Positions 20,001 to 28,548 are shown, numbered from the stretch's first letter. The stretch: DNA of 31,087 nt from a virus (IMGVR_UViG_3300022937_000093:1-31087), one strand, 5' to 3'. The notes: generated from the letters alone by a model not told the origin. A program made the numbers and translations.

Positions 20001-23000
20001 CTCATAATAGCACAAGTCATAATGCTTACTCAAGCGGCGGCAATGCTTACTATAATGGCGATAGAGAATCGCAAGATCAAAATGTTCATAATGCTATTAG
20101 ACAACTTTATCTTAACAGAGAATTTTTAGCAGAAGAAGCAACGGCATATATTACTGCTACATATCCGTCTTATACATATTCAGTTGATAGTTGCAGACGT
20201 GATGTTAGAGAATATGTTGACTCACTTATCTGGGATTTGACTTACGGCGGAACATATAGAACAACAATGAACGGCCGTTGGTATGTTAATGCTGTCGAAG
20301 GTTCATTAACAGAAGATATGTTCTATCTAAGAGATGGTACTGGTTTAAGAAATTGTACCGTTAAAGGATTAACAGGAACATTAGGTACAACAAATGCTTA
20401 CGGAACAAAACGTCCAACAGCAGGTGCGTTTGTATCACTTGATCCAGGTTGGGGTCAAGCAGATAATAGAACTTGGATTGGTACACGTTCACCTTATGTA
20501 CAAAACGTAACAACATTTGGTACTGCGTGTGTTGGATTAAAAGTTGACGGTTCATTACACGATAGTGGTAACGATTCAATTGTTGCCAACGACTTTACAC
20601 AAATTTTAAGTGATGGTATTGGTGCATGGATTACAAACTTAGGTAGAGCAGAACTTGTTTCTGTGTTCTCATACTATGGACACATTGGATACCTAGCAGA
20701 GAACGGCGGTAAGATTCGTGCTACTAATGGTAACTCATCTTATGGTACATTTGGTACCGTAGCAGAAGGTGTTGACGCAACTGAAAAACCAATTACGGCT
20801 GTTGTTAATAACCAATTTAGAAACGCAGTTGTTGGCGAAGTACTTACAGATCAAAATCAAATTTTAACAATGTTCTATGACAATGCTGGTGTTAATTATG
20901 AATCAGCAACATTCACTATCGGCGGCGACGGTGCTAGTGCAAGTGTTATAGGAGACGAAATTAGAGACCAAGGTTTGTTTAATGTTAGAATGTTAAACAC
21001 TGATGTTAATGCAGATGGCACAGGAGACTTTGGTGGTGCAGATTACGGATTTGCTAACAACACAGCACAATTTGGTAATGAAACATCAATTAGAATTTCA
21101 AACACAGATACTGCAAATAGCGGTGACTACGATGGAATGAGAATTGTAATTACAAGTGGTTTAGGTGTTGGACAATATGCTTACATTGGATCATTTAATG
21201 CAGGTAACAAAGATGCTACCGTATTTAAAGAGTCAGATGACGAGCCAGGATGGGATCATTTTGTTCCTGGAACACCTATTGCGACATTACTTGACGGAAC
21301 AACAAAATATATTATTGAACCAAGAGTAACTATTAATGAACCACCGTTCTCAAGTACATCACAAACTTATGGAACAGCAATTCAAAGTTCTCAGAATTCA
21401 ATTGCTTTCGGTAATGACAGATTTATTATTGTAGGTTCCAATACAACAACGACATTATATTCAACAGACGGTGCTACATGGGCGGCCGGCGGTAATCTAC
21501 CAACAACACAACAATGGGGCGGATTAACACACGGTGGCGGTGATGATAGTACAGAAGAATGGATTTGTGTTGGTTATAATTCAACAGCAGGAGCATATTC
21601 AACAGACGACGGTGCTACTTGGAATTCAAGCACATTACCTGCAACAGCAAATTGGATTGATACAGCATTTGGTAATTTAAGATATGTTGCTATTGCTGAA
21701 GGTAGCACATCGGCGGCATATTCCGATGACGGAATTAGTTGGTCATCAACTACACTACCAAGCACACAAAATTGGAAAAAAGTTATTTACGGAAAACAAT
21801 TCCTAGCAATTAGTGATAATGCTAACTATGCTACATCGATCGACGGTTCAACATGGAACTCAAGAGCGTTACCAACATTTACTGATACTGATACAAAAGT
21901 AAAAGATGTTGCTTACGGTAACGGACGTTATCTTGTAATTGGTGATAAAGGAACTGAAGCATTTTATTCAACAGACGGTATTAACTGGACTTCAACAATA
22001 ATTGACACAACTGCTGATTCATCAATTGGTGGTGGTGATGGATTAATTGCATATGGTTCTGGTATATTCCTTTGGACAGCAAGTAAAAACGGTCAAGTTA
22101 AAACTATTGATGAAACAAGTTTCTCAGGTGCTGATGCATTAAGACCTGCTAATACATACACGGATGTAACACAAGATTCAACTACAGGCTCTGGAACAGG
22201 AGCAACATTTGACATTACGGTTGACGGAACAGGTACGGTAACAAGTGTAGTTCCAGTATTATTAGGTCAAGGTTATGCGGCCGGTGATACAATTACTATT
22301 GCAGATGCTAGCCTAGGCGGTGGTGGCGGAGCCAACTTTACTTTTGATATTCAAACTATTCATGATAGTTCACAAACATCAATCTCAAGAGATGGTATTG
22401 TTTGGAAAGCAAAAACAAATGGAAAAACAGATGCAGTTTATTCGTCACTAGCATATGGTAGACCTTATGTTTCAGGAAGTTCTGCACATAGACCAACATG
22501 GTTTGCTATACAAAGTGGTTCAAATACTGGTTCTATTATTAGAGCAGGTGCTCAAGCATTTGTTAGAGCAAGAGTTGCTACAGGTAAAATTGCAGGTATG
22601 AGAATTTGGGAACCTGGTTCAGGTTATTCAAGTCCTCCAACAATTACAATTACAGATCCTAGCAACACTATTGAGGCTCCTGTACAATTAAGAATTGGTG
22701 ACGGTGTATTAGGTAATCCAACTATTTCTAACGGTGGTACTGGCTACGAAACAGCACAGGCAACGGTTGCCGGCAGTGGTACAGCAGACGAGTTTCAACC
22801 AGGTGCTAACATCTTTATTAAAGATGTATCAGAAATTCCTAAAGCAGGATCTAACGTAGAATTTAGTAACTTGCCAGGATCATATTTCAAACTGGTTACG
22901 GTGCGTGAATTGACAGGGCCAGATGCAAAAGGAAACTATGCATGTAAACTTCAAGTTTCGCCGGACATTCCTGTTGATACTGCACCTCCACATTTAGATC

Positions 23001-23590
23001 CAATTTCAATGCGTATCCGTTACTCACAGGTTCGTTTAACAGGACACGATTTCTTGGATATTGGTACAGGTAACTTTATTACTACCAATTATCCAAACAT
23101 ACCATTACAAGATCCAGATCCAGCAAAAGAAACGGTCGTTGGTGGCGGAGGTAGAGTATTCTTTACTTCGACCGACCAAGATGGTAACTTTAGAGTAGGT
23201 GATTTGTTCTCAGTAGAACAAAGTACTGGTGTTGCAACACTAGATGCTGATGCATTTAATATTGCAGGACTAAACGAACTTTCATTAGGTTCAGTAGAAC
23301 TTGGTGGAACTGGTGCTGTCATTACAGAGTTCAGTACTGACGGTACTTTTGCGGCAGATTCGGACAGCGTTGTCCCAACACAAAGAGCAATTAGAACATT
23401 TATTAATGCTCAAATTGGTGGCGGTAATTCCGAATTGAACGTAAATATCTTAACAGCAGGTGTTATTGAAATCAAAGAAGATCAGATCGATACAACAACT
23501 GGTGTGCAGATTAACGTTAAACAAAAAATGAACTTCACAGGTGGAATTGATGGCGATGCTGTTGCATTACAAAGATTCCTATTAAGTTAA
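17072..23590 (+). CDS. Giant multidomain tail-fibre/adhesin-like protein (2172 aa)
   Basis: Same scaffold as 10524 (CBM-like repeats, beta-helix, Asp-boxes, YSQVRLT.HDFLDIGTGN, STDQDGNFRVG) with different inserted domains. Confidence 0.82.
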   Translation: MAEFLLGRIKFVWKGDWASSTAYVKDDVIRYGGKVYICTAPHTSDTSDFYLDSDNWNIFTDGSTWKDDWTTSTYYKLGDIVKYGGYLYIANNAHTSADTVTKGLEFNQADWDIYSEFLEYRNDWAVNTRYRVNDIVKYGGTVYVCIDDHTSSATAETDIDGLESDNNGKVLTFDSVSAADASRAAGTYSVTTTTNNNGSGVTANVTVDGIGGVAITLTANGQGYAVGDIITIADADLGAGGAPDVTFTVVSVADRWNIFSEGFDWKNEWTAATRYKRNDLVRYGGQLYVCRLGHKSGTLSDGLEADQSKWEYFHKGVVYRSAWASGTRYRVNDLVQYGANIYICTTHHTATNFISDESNWENFVPGLEFEDSWNIGTTYQPGDLVTYGGYSYIAKTNNVGKAPYSNANDWGLYLKGLNFRGDWGDDSSAQDYLVGDVVRVGGYTYMCIQDHQNQSPPNATYWVRLNQGIEWNGDWSNITQYDLGDVVYFGVNSYLCVQAHQSDQAIAQNRPDQDTQGDYWAILAGGNEQSALTTDGDLVYYSGSGPTRLPIGETGQVLSVGTAGLPAWQYWGRTDHVYYVGPNGNDGDYPGYGSTLDRPFKTIRRACEAIEKGSLNPNAVDALKKNRQFIQREVVEWVDYQIANVISPFTGAFTYDQALCYRDMGHLVDAVVYDLSHGGNEKTRSVAYNYFDKDGASYVNGQVSETVAAINYAITVMDAVISNVDPATNYQTENGYTPAIVQIKPNNTEEANAQAIITSLVAIVTDAITAGGVSNIPAEEAVQKTIFVKTGTYYEILPIVVPKLTAVVGDELRSTVVQPSTSAQYTQRSDIDYSVAAITRIKSLISDIAQGNGVTKTGTNTQTQITAGPAGTATEGTELESKLQHLIDYINYYAGNDTQDSTAPVMTNGQQSLTITDITKASTAVVTTSVAHGLYDRQQVHIKNVNGMTEVNNRVFWVDKINATTFALYEDFYLTIPHNSTSHNAYSSGGNAYYNGDRESQDQNVHNAIRQLYLNREFLAEEATAYITATYPSYTYSVDSCRRDVREYVDSLIWDLTYGGTYRTTMNGRWYVNAVEGSLTEDMFYLRDGTGLRNCTVKGLTGTLGTTNAYGTKRPTAGAFVSLDPGWGQADNRTWIGTRSPYVQNVTTFGTACVGLKVDGSLHDSGNDSIVANDFTQILSDGIGAWITNLGRAELVSVFSYYGHIGYLAENGGKIRATNGNSSYGTFGTVAEGVDATEKPITAVVNNQFRNAVVGEVLTDQNQILTMFYDNAGVNYESATFTIGGDGASASVIGDEIRDQGLFNVRMLNTDVNADGTGDFGGADYGFANNTAQFGNETSIRISNTDTANSGDYDGMRIVITSGLGVGQYAYIGSFNAGNKDATVFKESDDEPGWDHFVPGTPIATLLDGTTKYIIEPRVTINEPPFSSTSQTYGTAIQSSQNSIAFGNDRFIIVGSNTTTTLYSTDGATWAAGGNLPTTQQWGGLTHGGGDDSTEEWICVGYNSTAGAYSTDDGATWNSSTLPATANWIDTAFGNLRYVAIAEGSTSAAYSDDGISWSSTTLPSTQNWKKVIYGKQFLAISDNANYATSIDGSTWNSRALPTFTDTDTKVKDVAYGNGRYLVIGDKGTEAFYSTDGINWTSTIIDTTADSSIGGGDGLIAYGSGIFLWTASKNGQVKTIDETSFSGADALRPANTYTDVTQDSTTGSGTGATFDITVDGTGTVTSVVPVLLGQGYAAGDTITIADASLGGGGGANFTFDIQTIHDSSQTSISRDGIVWKAKTNGKTDAVYSSLAYGRPYVSGSSAHRPTWFAIQSGSNTGSIIRAGAQAFVRARVATGKIAGMRIWEPGSGYSSPPTITITDPSNTIEAPVQLRIGDGVLGNPTISNGGTGYETAQATVAGSGTADEFQPGANIFIKDVSEIPKAGSNVEFSNLPGSYFKLVTVRELTGPDAKGNYACKLQVSPDIPVDTAPPHLDPISMRIRYSQVRLTGHDFLDIGTGNFITTNYPNIPLQDPDPAKETVVGGGGRVFFTSTDQDGNFRVGDLFSVEQSTGVATLDADAFNIAGLNELSLGSVELGGTGAVITEFSTDGTFAADSDSVVPTQRAIRTFINAQIGGGNSELNVNILTAGVIEIKEDQIDTTTGVQINVKQKMNFTGGIDGDAVALQRFLLS

Positions 23591-23608
23591 ACAAAGGAGA
23601 AATAAAGC

Positions 23609-23926
23609 ATGGCTACAGGAAGACTAGGAGCAATAAACCTTACAGCAGGAGCAAACACTACTGCATATACGGTTCCTGCTAGTACTTACTCGGTTGTAAC
23701 GGTATCGTTCTGTAACAGATCTAACCAAGCGGCGGCTCTAAGACTTGCTGTTGCGGCGGCGGATACGCCAACTGGCGCAGAGTGGATAGAGTACGATACA
23801 GAAATACAAGCCAAGGGAGTATTGGAGAGAACAGGATTAGTGCTTGATGCAGGTAAGAAAGTAGTTGCTTATTCCAGTGCAGATAATACATCTGTCGTGG
23901 TTATGGGCATCGAAACTCCTGCTTAA
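23609..23926 (+). CDS. Small beta-sandwich virion protein
   Basis: AAGGAG RBS; YTVPA...VSFCNR...LERTGLVLDAG pattern. Confidence 0.78.
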   Translation: MATGRLGAINLTAGANTTAYTVPASTYSVVTVSFCNRSNQAAALRLAVAAADTPTGAEWIEYDTEIQAKGVLERTGLVLDAGKKVVAYSSADNTSVVVMGIETPA

Positions 23927-23927
23927 T

Positions 23928-23935
23928 GCTAAATA
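23928..23935 (+). promoter_or_regulatory. Late promoter variant GCTAAATA
   Basis: TAAATA core immediately after a stop codon. Confidence 0.45.
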
Positions 23936-23962
23936 CAAGTAGAATAAAGGGAAGCATACAAA

Positions 23963-24295
23963 ATGGGAAGATATATTACAACAACTGGAACTAGTGGTGC
24001 AGTAATTACTGAACAAAGTTCTGCTTATAATGCTAAAGTTAATGATAGAGTTTTAGCAGATACAAGTAGTGCGGGGTTCACGGTTACATTGCCAGCGAAC
24101 GCTGACCTAATTAAAGGTGACACAATTCAGATTATTGATGTTACAGGTAGTTTTGGAACTAATAATCTTACAATAGGTAGAAATGGATCAAAAATTCAAA
24201 ATCTTTCAGAAGATTTGATTTTGAACATCAACAACTCTGCTGTAACGATTATGTATTCTGGTGCTACATATGGTTGGATTCTACTAGCAACATAA
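23963..24295 (+). CDS. Stand-alone fibre/baseplate connector-type domain protein (110 aa)
   Basis: DTSS..FTVTLPA...GD.I.IID..G.F..NNLTI.RNG..I......L......V...Y.....GW motif, typical of T4-like fibre/baseplate proteins. Confidence 0.7.
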   Translation: MGRYITTTGTSGAVITEQSSAYNAKVNDRVLADTSSAGFTVTLPANADLIKGDTIQIIDVTGSFGTNNLTIGRNGSKIQNLSEDLILNINNSAVTIMYSGATYGWILLAT

Positions 24296-24355
24296 TACTA
24301 AATTAGTATTACATTGTTAAGAATAGAAATTCAATTATTAAGGAGACAGAGTTAA

Positions 24356-25234
24356 ATGGCAGACTTAAAAAGTTTATTAGACAAAGCAACGGCAGAGGAC
24401 TTTGATGCGAATGATCCATCAATGCCTCGTAACAAATATTATTCTTGTCAGGTAACATTTGCTACAATTTGCGGAGTCTCTCATAACAGAGATCAGTGTA
24501 AACACGAATTTTGCTGGACACCTGAACCCGACGTTACTAAAATGAAAATTCAAATGTGGGGCGGCGGCGGAGGCGGCGGCGGAGTCTGTTGTTGTTCATG
24601 GGGTTTCTCTGGAGGCGCAGGTGCTTACGTAGAACTTCAAAATATCGACGTTACTAATTGTAAAACAGAATACCGGATTTGTATTGGACCACCTTCATGT
24701 TGTTCACCTGTTCAATCATGTGGATACAGAGGTTGTAAATCATACATTACTAACGGATACCTAAGAAAATGCGACGGCACAACTTGTGCTGGTAACTTCT
24801 GTGCAGAGGGCGGTATTTCAGGTTGTTCTTTCTGCTTTATGTTTAACTGCTTTAACTGCGGAATTTATATGGATCCAAGATACAGCACAACATGTGCTTG
24901 TTATTTTGACGGTGACCTAGGTTATCCGGGAAGAGTAGGCGGTATCGCTACATTTTGTTCTAACAACAATGCTTGTTGGTACAAACACTATACAATGATT
25001 CCTGCGATGCTTGAAACTTGTAAAGAAAGATGGGAATTAACAAGATTCTGTGCCCAAAATATGCCAGGTGGCTGGGACGGATGTAAAATGGGACAAGGAT
25101 ACCTTATGGGCGGCGGTGGATCGCATCAAAGAGTACCAGGCGTAGGTGGAATTTCAGGTTCTGCTGTCGGTGGAAACTGCTATTGCGGTGGTCCAGGCGG
25201 CCCTGGTTTAGTAAGAGTATCAATGTTTACGTAA
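24356..25234 (+). CDS. Cys-rich, Gly-rich putative fibre-tip/adhesin protein 1
   Basis: AAGGAG RBS; WGGGGGGGGVCCC...GG.GAY and C-terminal PG.GG...G.VRV; 29 Cys in 292 aa. Confidence 0.8.
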   Translation: MADLKSLLDKATAEDFDANDPSMPRNKYYSCQVTFATICGVSHNRDQCKHEFCWTPEPDVTKMKIQMWGGGGGGGGVCCCSWGFSGGAGAYVELQNIDVTNCKTEYRICIGPPSCCSPVQSCGYRGCKSYITNGYLRKCDGTTCAGNFCAEGGISGCSFCFMFNCFNCGIYMDPRYSTTCACYFDGDLGYPGRVGGIATFCSNNNACWYKHYTMIPAMLETCKERWELTRFCAQNMPGGWDGCKMGQGYLMGGGGSHQRVPGVGGISGSAVGGNCYCGGPGGPGLVRVSMFT

Positions 25235-25251
25235 AGGAGAATGAAGGTAAC

Positions 25252-26100
25252 ATGGCAAATTTAAGATCACTTATAGGTTCAGTTAGCGTTAACGACATAT
25301 CGCCTTTACAAGATAAATGTACATTATATTTTCTTCCGCATTGTCAATGTTATTGTAACTCAGACTACGGCGGAAACTGCTACCTATACTGGTGCGTTCC
25401 AGCAGGTACAACAAAAATGAAAATGGAAGTATGGGGCGGCGGTGGATCCGGCGCTGGTGCTTGTTGTTGTATGGGTGGTACACCGGGTGGATCAGGTGCA
25501 TGGGCATACAAATGTTTAGATTCAGCAACAGATTTTGCGGCAGGTAACACATATGATTTATATCCAGGCCCATCAACTTGCTGTGCTTCATGCTGTTGTG
25601 GAATTATTGGATGTAAAGGTTATATTTCAGGTCCAGGGTTAACTAACTTTTGTGCTGACGGCGGTAATGCAGGTCAGACTTGTTGTTTTATTCACTGGGG
25701 TTGGTCAGACTGCGTAGGTAATAGATGCGGTTATTATTATACAAATAGAATGTGTTGTATTTGTTGCAGATGCCATTATGGTTCGGATGGAGGTTCTCCA
25801 GGAAGACCTAGTGCTATTTGGGCACAATGTACTTGTGGATCGTGCTGGTGGAAATTATTATATCACTATCCAGGCGGTATTAACAATACCACAGGTGGAT
25901 TCACAACAACACAAACAATGGGTAATGCTTGTAACCATGAATGGTCACGTTGTGTACGGGGTAACCTAGGTTGGGCAACAGGACAATCAGGTCATTTACC
26001 TGGTGTCGGTGGTCCGAGTGCAACATCATGCGGTGGCGGATGTTGTTATGGATTTCCCGGCGCGGCAGGAATGGTAAGAATTACTTATGATCAAAGTTAG
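25252..26100 (+). CDS. Cys-rich, Gly-rich putative fibre-tip/adhesin protein 2
   Basis: The likely start ATG 25252 (MANLRSL) matches the paralogue N-termini; WCVPAG...EVWGGGGSGAGACCC; 34 Cys in 282 aa. Confidence 0.8.
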   Translation: MANLRSLIGSVSVNDISPLQDKCTLYFLPHCQCYCNSDYGGNCYLYWCVPAGTTKMKMEVWGGGGSGAGACCCMGGTPGGSGAWAYKCLDSATDFAAGNTYDLYPGPSTCCASCCCGIIGCKGYISGPGLTNFCADGGNAGQTCCFIHWGWSDCVGNRCGYYYTNRMCCICCRCHYGSDGGSPGRPSAIWAQCTCGSCWWKLLYHYPGGINNTTGGFTTTQTMGNACNHEWSRCVRGNLGWATGQSGHLPGVGGPSATSCGGGCCYGFPGAAGMVRITYDQS

Positions 26101-26114
26101 GGGTAAATATTGAT

Positions 26115-26960
26115 ATGGCACAACTAAGTTCATACGTTTCGGAATTAAGATTACCAGCAGGATCATCAACAACAGATCTTCCAGCGGGTTGTCAGTTTGT
26201 ATATTCATCAAGTTGTTGGAGTTGTCCATCATTTGGTAACTATCAACAATATTGTTGTTTTGCATTTATTGTACCGAGCGATGCGGCAAGAGCAACGTTT
26301 GAGGCTTGGGGATCAGGCGGCGGTGGCGGTGTGTCTTGTTGCTGTATGGGCGGATCACCGGGCGGATCAGGTGCTTATTCAAGAAAAACAATTCCAGTAT
26401 CAACAGGTTGGTGCTATGACCTATGTTTAGGTGAAGGCGCATGTTGTAATAATGGACGGAACGGATTTAGAGGATGTCGTTCTTCTGTAAAAGGATGTAA
26501 TATTAGTATTTGTGGTTCTGGCGGTAAGCCAGGATGTTCATACTGCTTCCCAGGTTGCGGATGTTACGTAACAGGATACTGCTGTTGTCGTGCTTGGAAC
26601 TGCGGTTGCTGTATTAACGATAGTCCAGCAGAAGCATCCGGCGGAGATTTTAACGTATGCGGTGTTCGTGGATGGATGCAACATAGAGCATGTGGCGGCC
26701 ATTGCTGTCACAAACAACACATTCCATATCCAGGTGGATTGGTTAACAAATGCGGTGGTACCGTTGCTGTACAAAATGGTGGTAGAGGTTTTGAGACTTA
26801 CGAAAATTGTGCGGCTATGAACAATGTGGGATGGAATAGACTTTCTCCACAATATGTACCAGGTATGGGTGGCCCAACTTATTGGAGATGGTCAGGTGGA
26901 TGTCATTGTGGATCGTATGGTGCTCCAGGACTAATTAGAATTACTTGGTATGATAACTAA
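26115..26960 (+). CDS. Cys-rich, Gly-rich putative fibre-tip/adhesin protein 3
   Basis: VPS...FEAWGSGGGGGVSCCCMGG.PGGSGAY...GLIRITW; 33 Cys in 281 aa. Confidence 0.8.
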   Translation: MAQLSSYVSELRLPAGSSTTDLPAGCQFVYSSSCWSCPSFGNYQQYCCFAFIVPSDAARATFEAWGSGGGGGVSCCCMGGSPGGSGAYSRKTIPVSTGWCYDLCLGEGACCNNGRNGFRGCRSSVKGCNISICGSGGKPGCSYCFPGCGCYVTGYCCCRAWNCGCCINDSPAEASGGDFNVCGVRGWMQHRACGGHCCHKQHIPYPGGLVNKCGGTVAVQNGGRGFETYENCAAMNNVGWNRLSPQYVPGMGGPTYWRWSGGCHCGSYGAPGLIRITWYDN

Positions 26961-26984
26961 TTAATGGTATAATAGAGGAATAAA

Positions 26985-27731
26985 ATGGCAATAACACATA
27001 TTACACACGAGTTTGAATACGATTTACCAGACAAGTATCTGTATCAAACTAATGAGTTAGGACTTAAAGCATCTTGGATTTACAACGGTCCTGCTAGACT
27101 ATGGGTACAAGTTAACAAAGAAACAGGTCTTCTAGTCGCGGCAAACGATTGTATTCCTGATGATGGAACTCCTGAAACAGCATTACAAGCAAAATATCAA
27201 GCAGGATTAGATCATGTTGCTGTTTTAGTTAATGCTAAAGAGCATCCTATTATTGCTAGTATTATGTGGATGGAAATTGACCAAGCAGATTTTCCACAAG
27301 TAGAATTTACAAGAGAAGATGTTGATCCAACAGATACAACGGTTTATTACTCACGTGCCGCAACACCAACTTTAGACCATACATATGAAATTAATGAAGT
27401 AATGTATAACGAAGAAGCCAATGAATGGGTTTATCCTTTACCTTGGAAAAAACCACACATGAATTGGGATATGCTTGAAGCCGGTAGATTAAATCTTATT
27501 GCTGATGGTAAACAAATTATAGAAAGTTTAGAAAACGATCCAGATGCAACTGAAGGTCAGTGGACCACACTTATTGCAGAAATGAAAGACTTTGTTACAG
27601 AACTTGAAGCAATACCTACTAAATTTCCTAGAGACACTTGGGATCCATGGATGGTTCCATTCCCGGAAGATCCTAGAACAAATGCAGAGGATGTGCAAGT
27701 TGCAGAAGTAACCGTTGAGGGGAGCGAATAA
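26985..27731 (+). CDS. Acidic protein, possible tail-fibre assembly chaperone (paralogue A)
   Basis: Follows the fibre-tip genes; C-terminal L..IP.KFP...W..PFPEDP resembles phage tail assembly chaperone ends; paralogue of 27731. Confidence 0.6.
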   Translation: MAITHITHEFEYDLPDKYLYQTNELGLKASWIYNGPARLWVQVNKETGLLVAANDCIPDDGTPETALQAKYQAGLDHVAVLVNAKEHPIIASIMWMEIDQADFPQVEFTREDVDPTDTTVYYSRAATPTLDHTYEINEVMYNEEANEWVYPLPWKKPHMNWDMLEAGRLNLIADGKQIIESLENDPDATEGQWTTLIAEMKDFVTELEAIPTKFPRDTWDPWMVPFPEDPRTNAEDVQVAEVTVEGSE

Positions 27732-28504
27732 TGAGCATTACACCATCGTACCTATCTGAAGTAGAAATTGTATTTGAATATGCTATTCCTGACAAGTATC
27801 TACATCAAACAAACGAACTAGGCAAAACAGCAACATTCACATACAAAGGTCCAGAAAAACTTTGGGTATTTGTTGAAGCAGACACAGGAAAATTAGTTGT
27901 TGGAATGGACGCTAGAGCACACAATCCAGAAGATGAAAAAGAAGAAGCAGAAATGCACAAATTTGCCGGATTGAGCCACAAAGCAATTTTAGTAGATGCA
28001 AATGAACAGCCATTACTAGCAACGTTAGTATGGATGGACAACGAACCACATGAAAATTATCCGTGCAAAGCATGGAGAGATCCTGATACTAATGAAGTAT
28101 TATATTGGGAAACAGATCCGTTAATTCCAGACGATGCATATGATCAAGAAAACATCCATTATGATCTAAACAAAAACGAATGGAAAAAGCCTTTTCCTTG
28201 GGAAAAACCAGGAATGACAGAAGAAGAATGGGAAGAGTCAAGAAAGGCTACTGCATGGCACGTTTCTGAAGAATTACGCAAAGATGAAGACTTAAATAAT
28301 CCAGCAAATGCCGCAATACGTCAAAAAGTTGTTGATCATTTGAATGAACTTGAAAATTTAAGAACTAAATTTCCAAAACCAGAATGGGATCATTGGATGA
28401 TTCCGTTTCCTAAGCATCCTAGAGGTGATATATTCTCTGGAAATAAATTCGAAGCAGACGAAGCAATTGATCCTGATAGATCAAAAGTAGACGTTAACGA
28501 ATAG
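27731..28504 (+). CDS. Acidic protein, possible tail-fibre assembly chaperone (paralogue B)
   Basis: TAATG stop/start overlap; shares FEY..PDKYL.QTNELG...Y.GP..LWV and KFP...WD.WM.PFP..PR with 26985. Confidence 0.6.
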   Translation: MSITPSYLSEVEIVFEYAIPDKYLHQTNELGKTATFTYKGPEKLWVFVEADTGKLVVGMDARAHNPEDEKEEAEMHKFAGLSHKAILVDANEQPLLATLVWMDNEPHENYPCKAWRDPDTNEVLYWETDPLIPDDAYDQENIHYDLNKNEWKKPFPWEKPGMTEEEWEESRKATAWHVSEELRKDEDLNNPANAAIRQKVVDHLNELENLRTKFPKPEWDHWMIPFPKHPRGDIFSGNKFEADEAIDPDRSKVDVNE

Positions 28505-28540
28505 TCAAAACCACTTTTATTCCTCTGGTAAAAACTACCC

Positions 28541-28548
28541 TATAAATA
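28541..28548 (+). promoter_or_regulatory. T4-type late promoter TATAAATA
   Basis: Exact consensus upstream of the glycosyltransferase gene. Confidence 0.7.

Noticed and set aside
24560-24583. GGC microsatellite as a phase-variation tract
   Set aside because: In-frame triplets encoding the conserved poly-Gly motif, interrupted by GGA.
25183-25251. N-terminal extension of the second Cys-rich ORF
   Set aside because: Overlaps the previous gene; the MANLRSL start matches the paralogues.
24356-26960. Diversity-generating retroelement acting on the tip genes
   Set aside because: No near-identical TR/VR pair with adenine-specific differences and no reverse transcriptase in the window.
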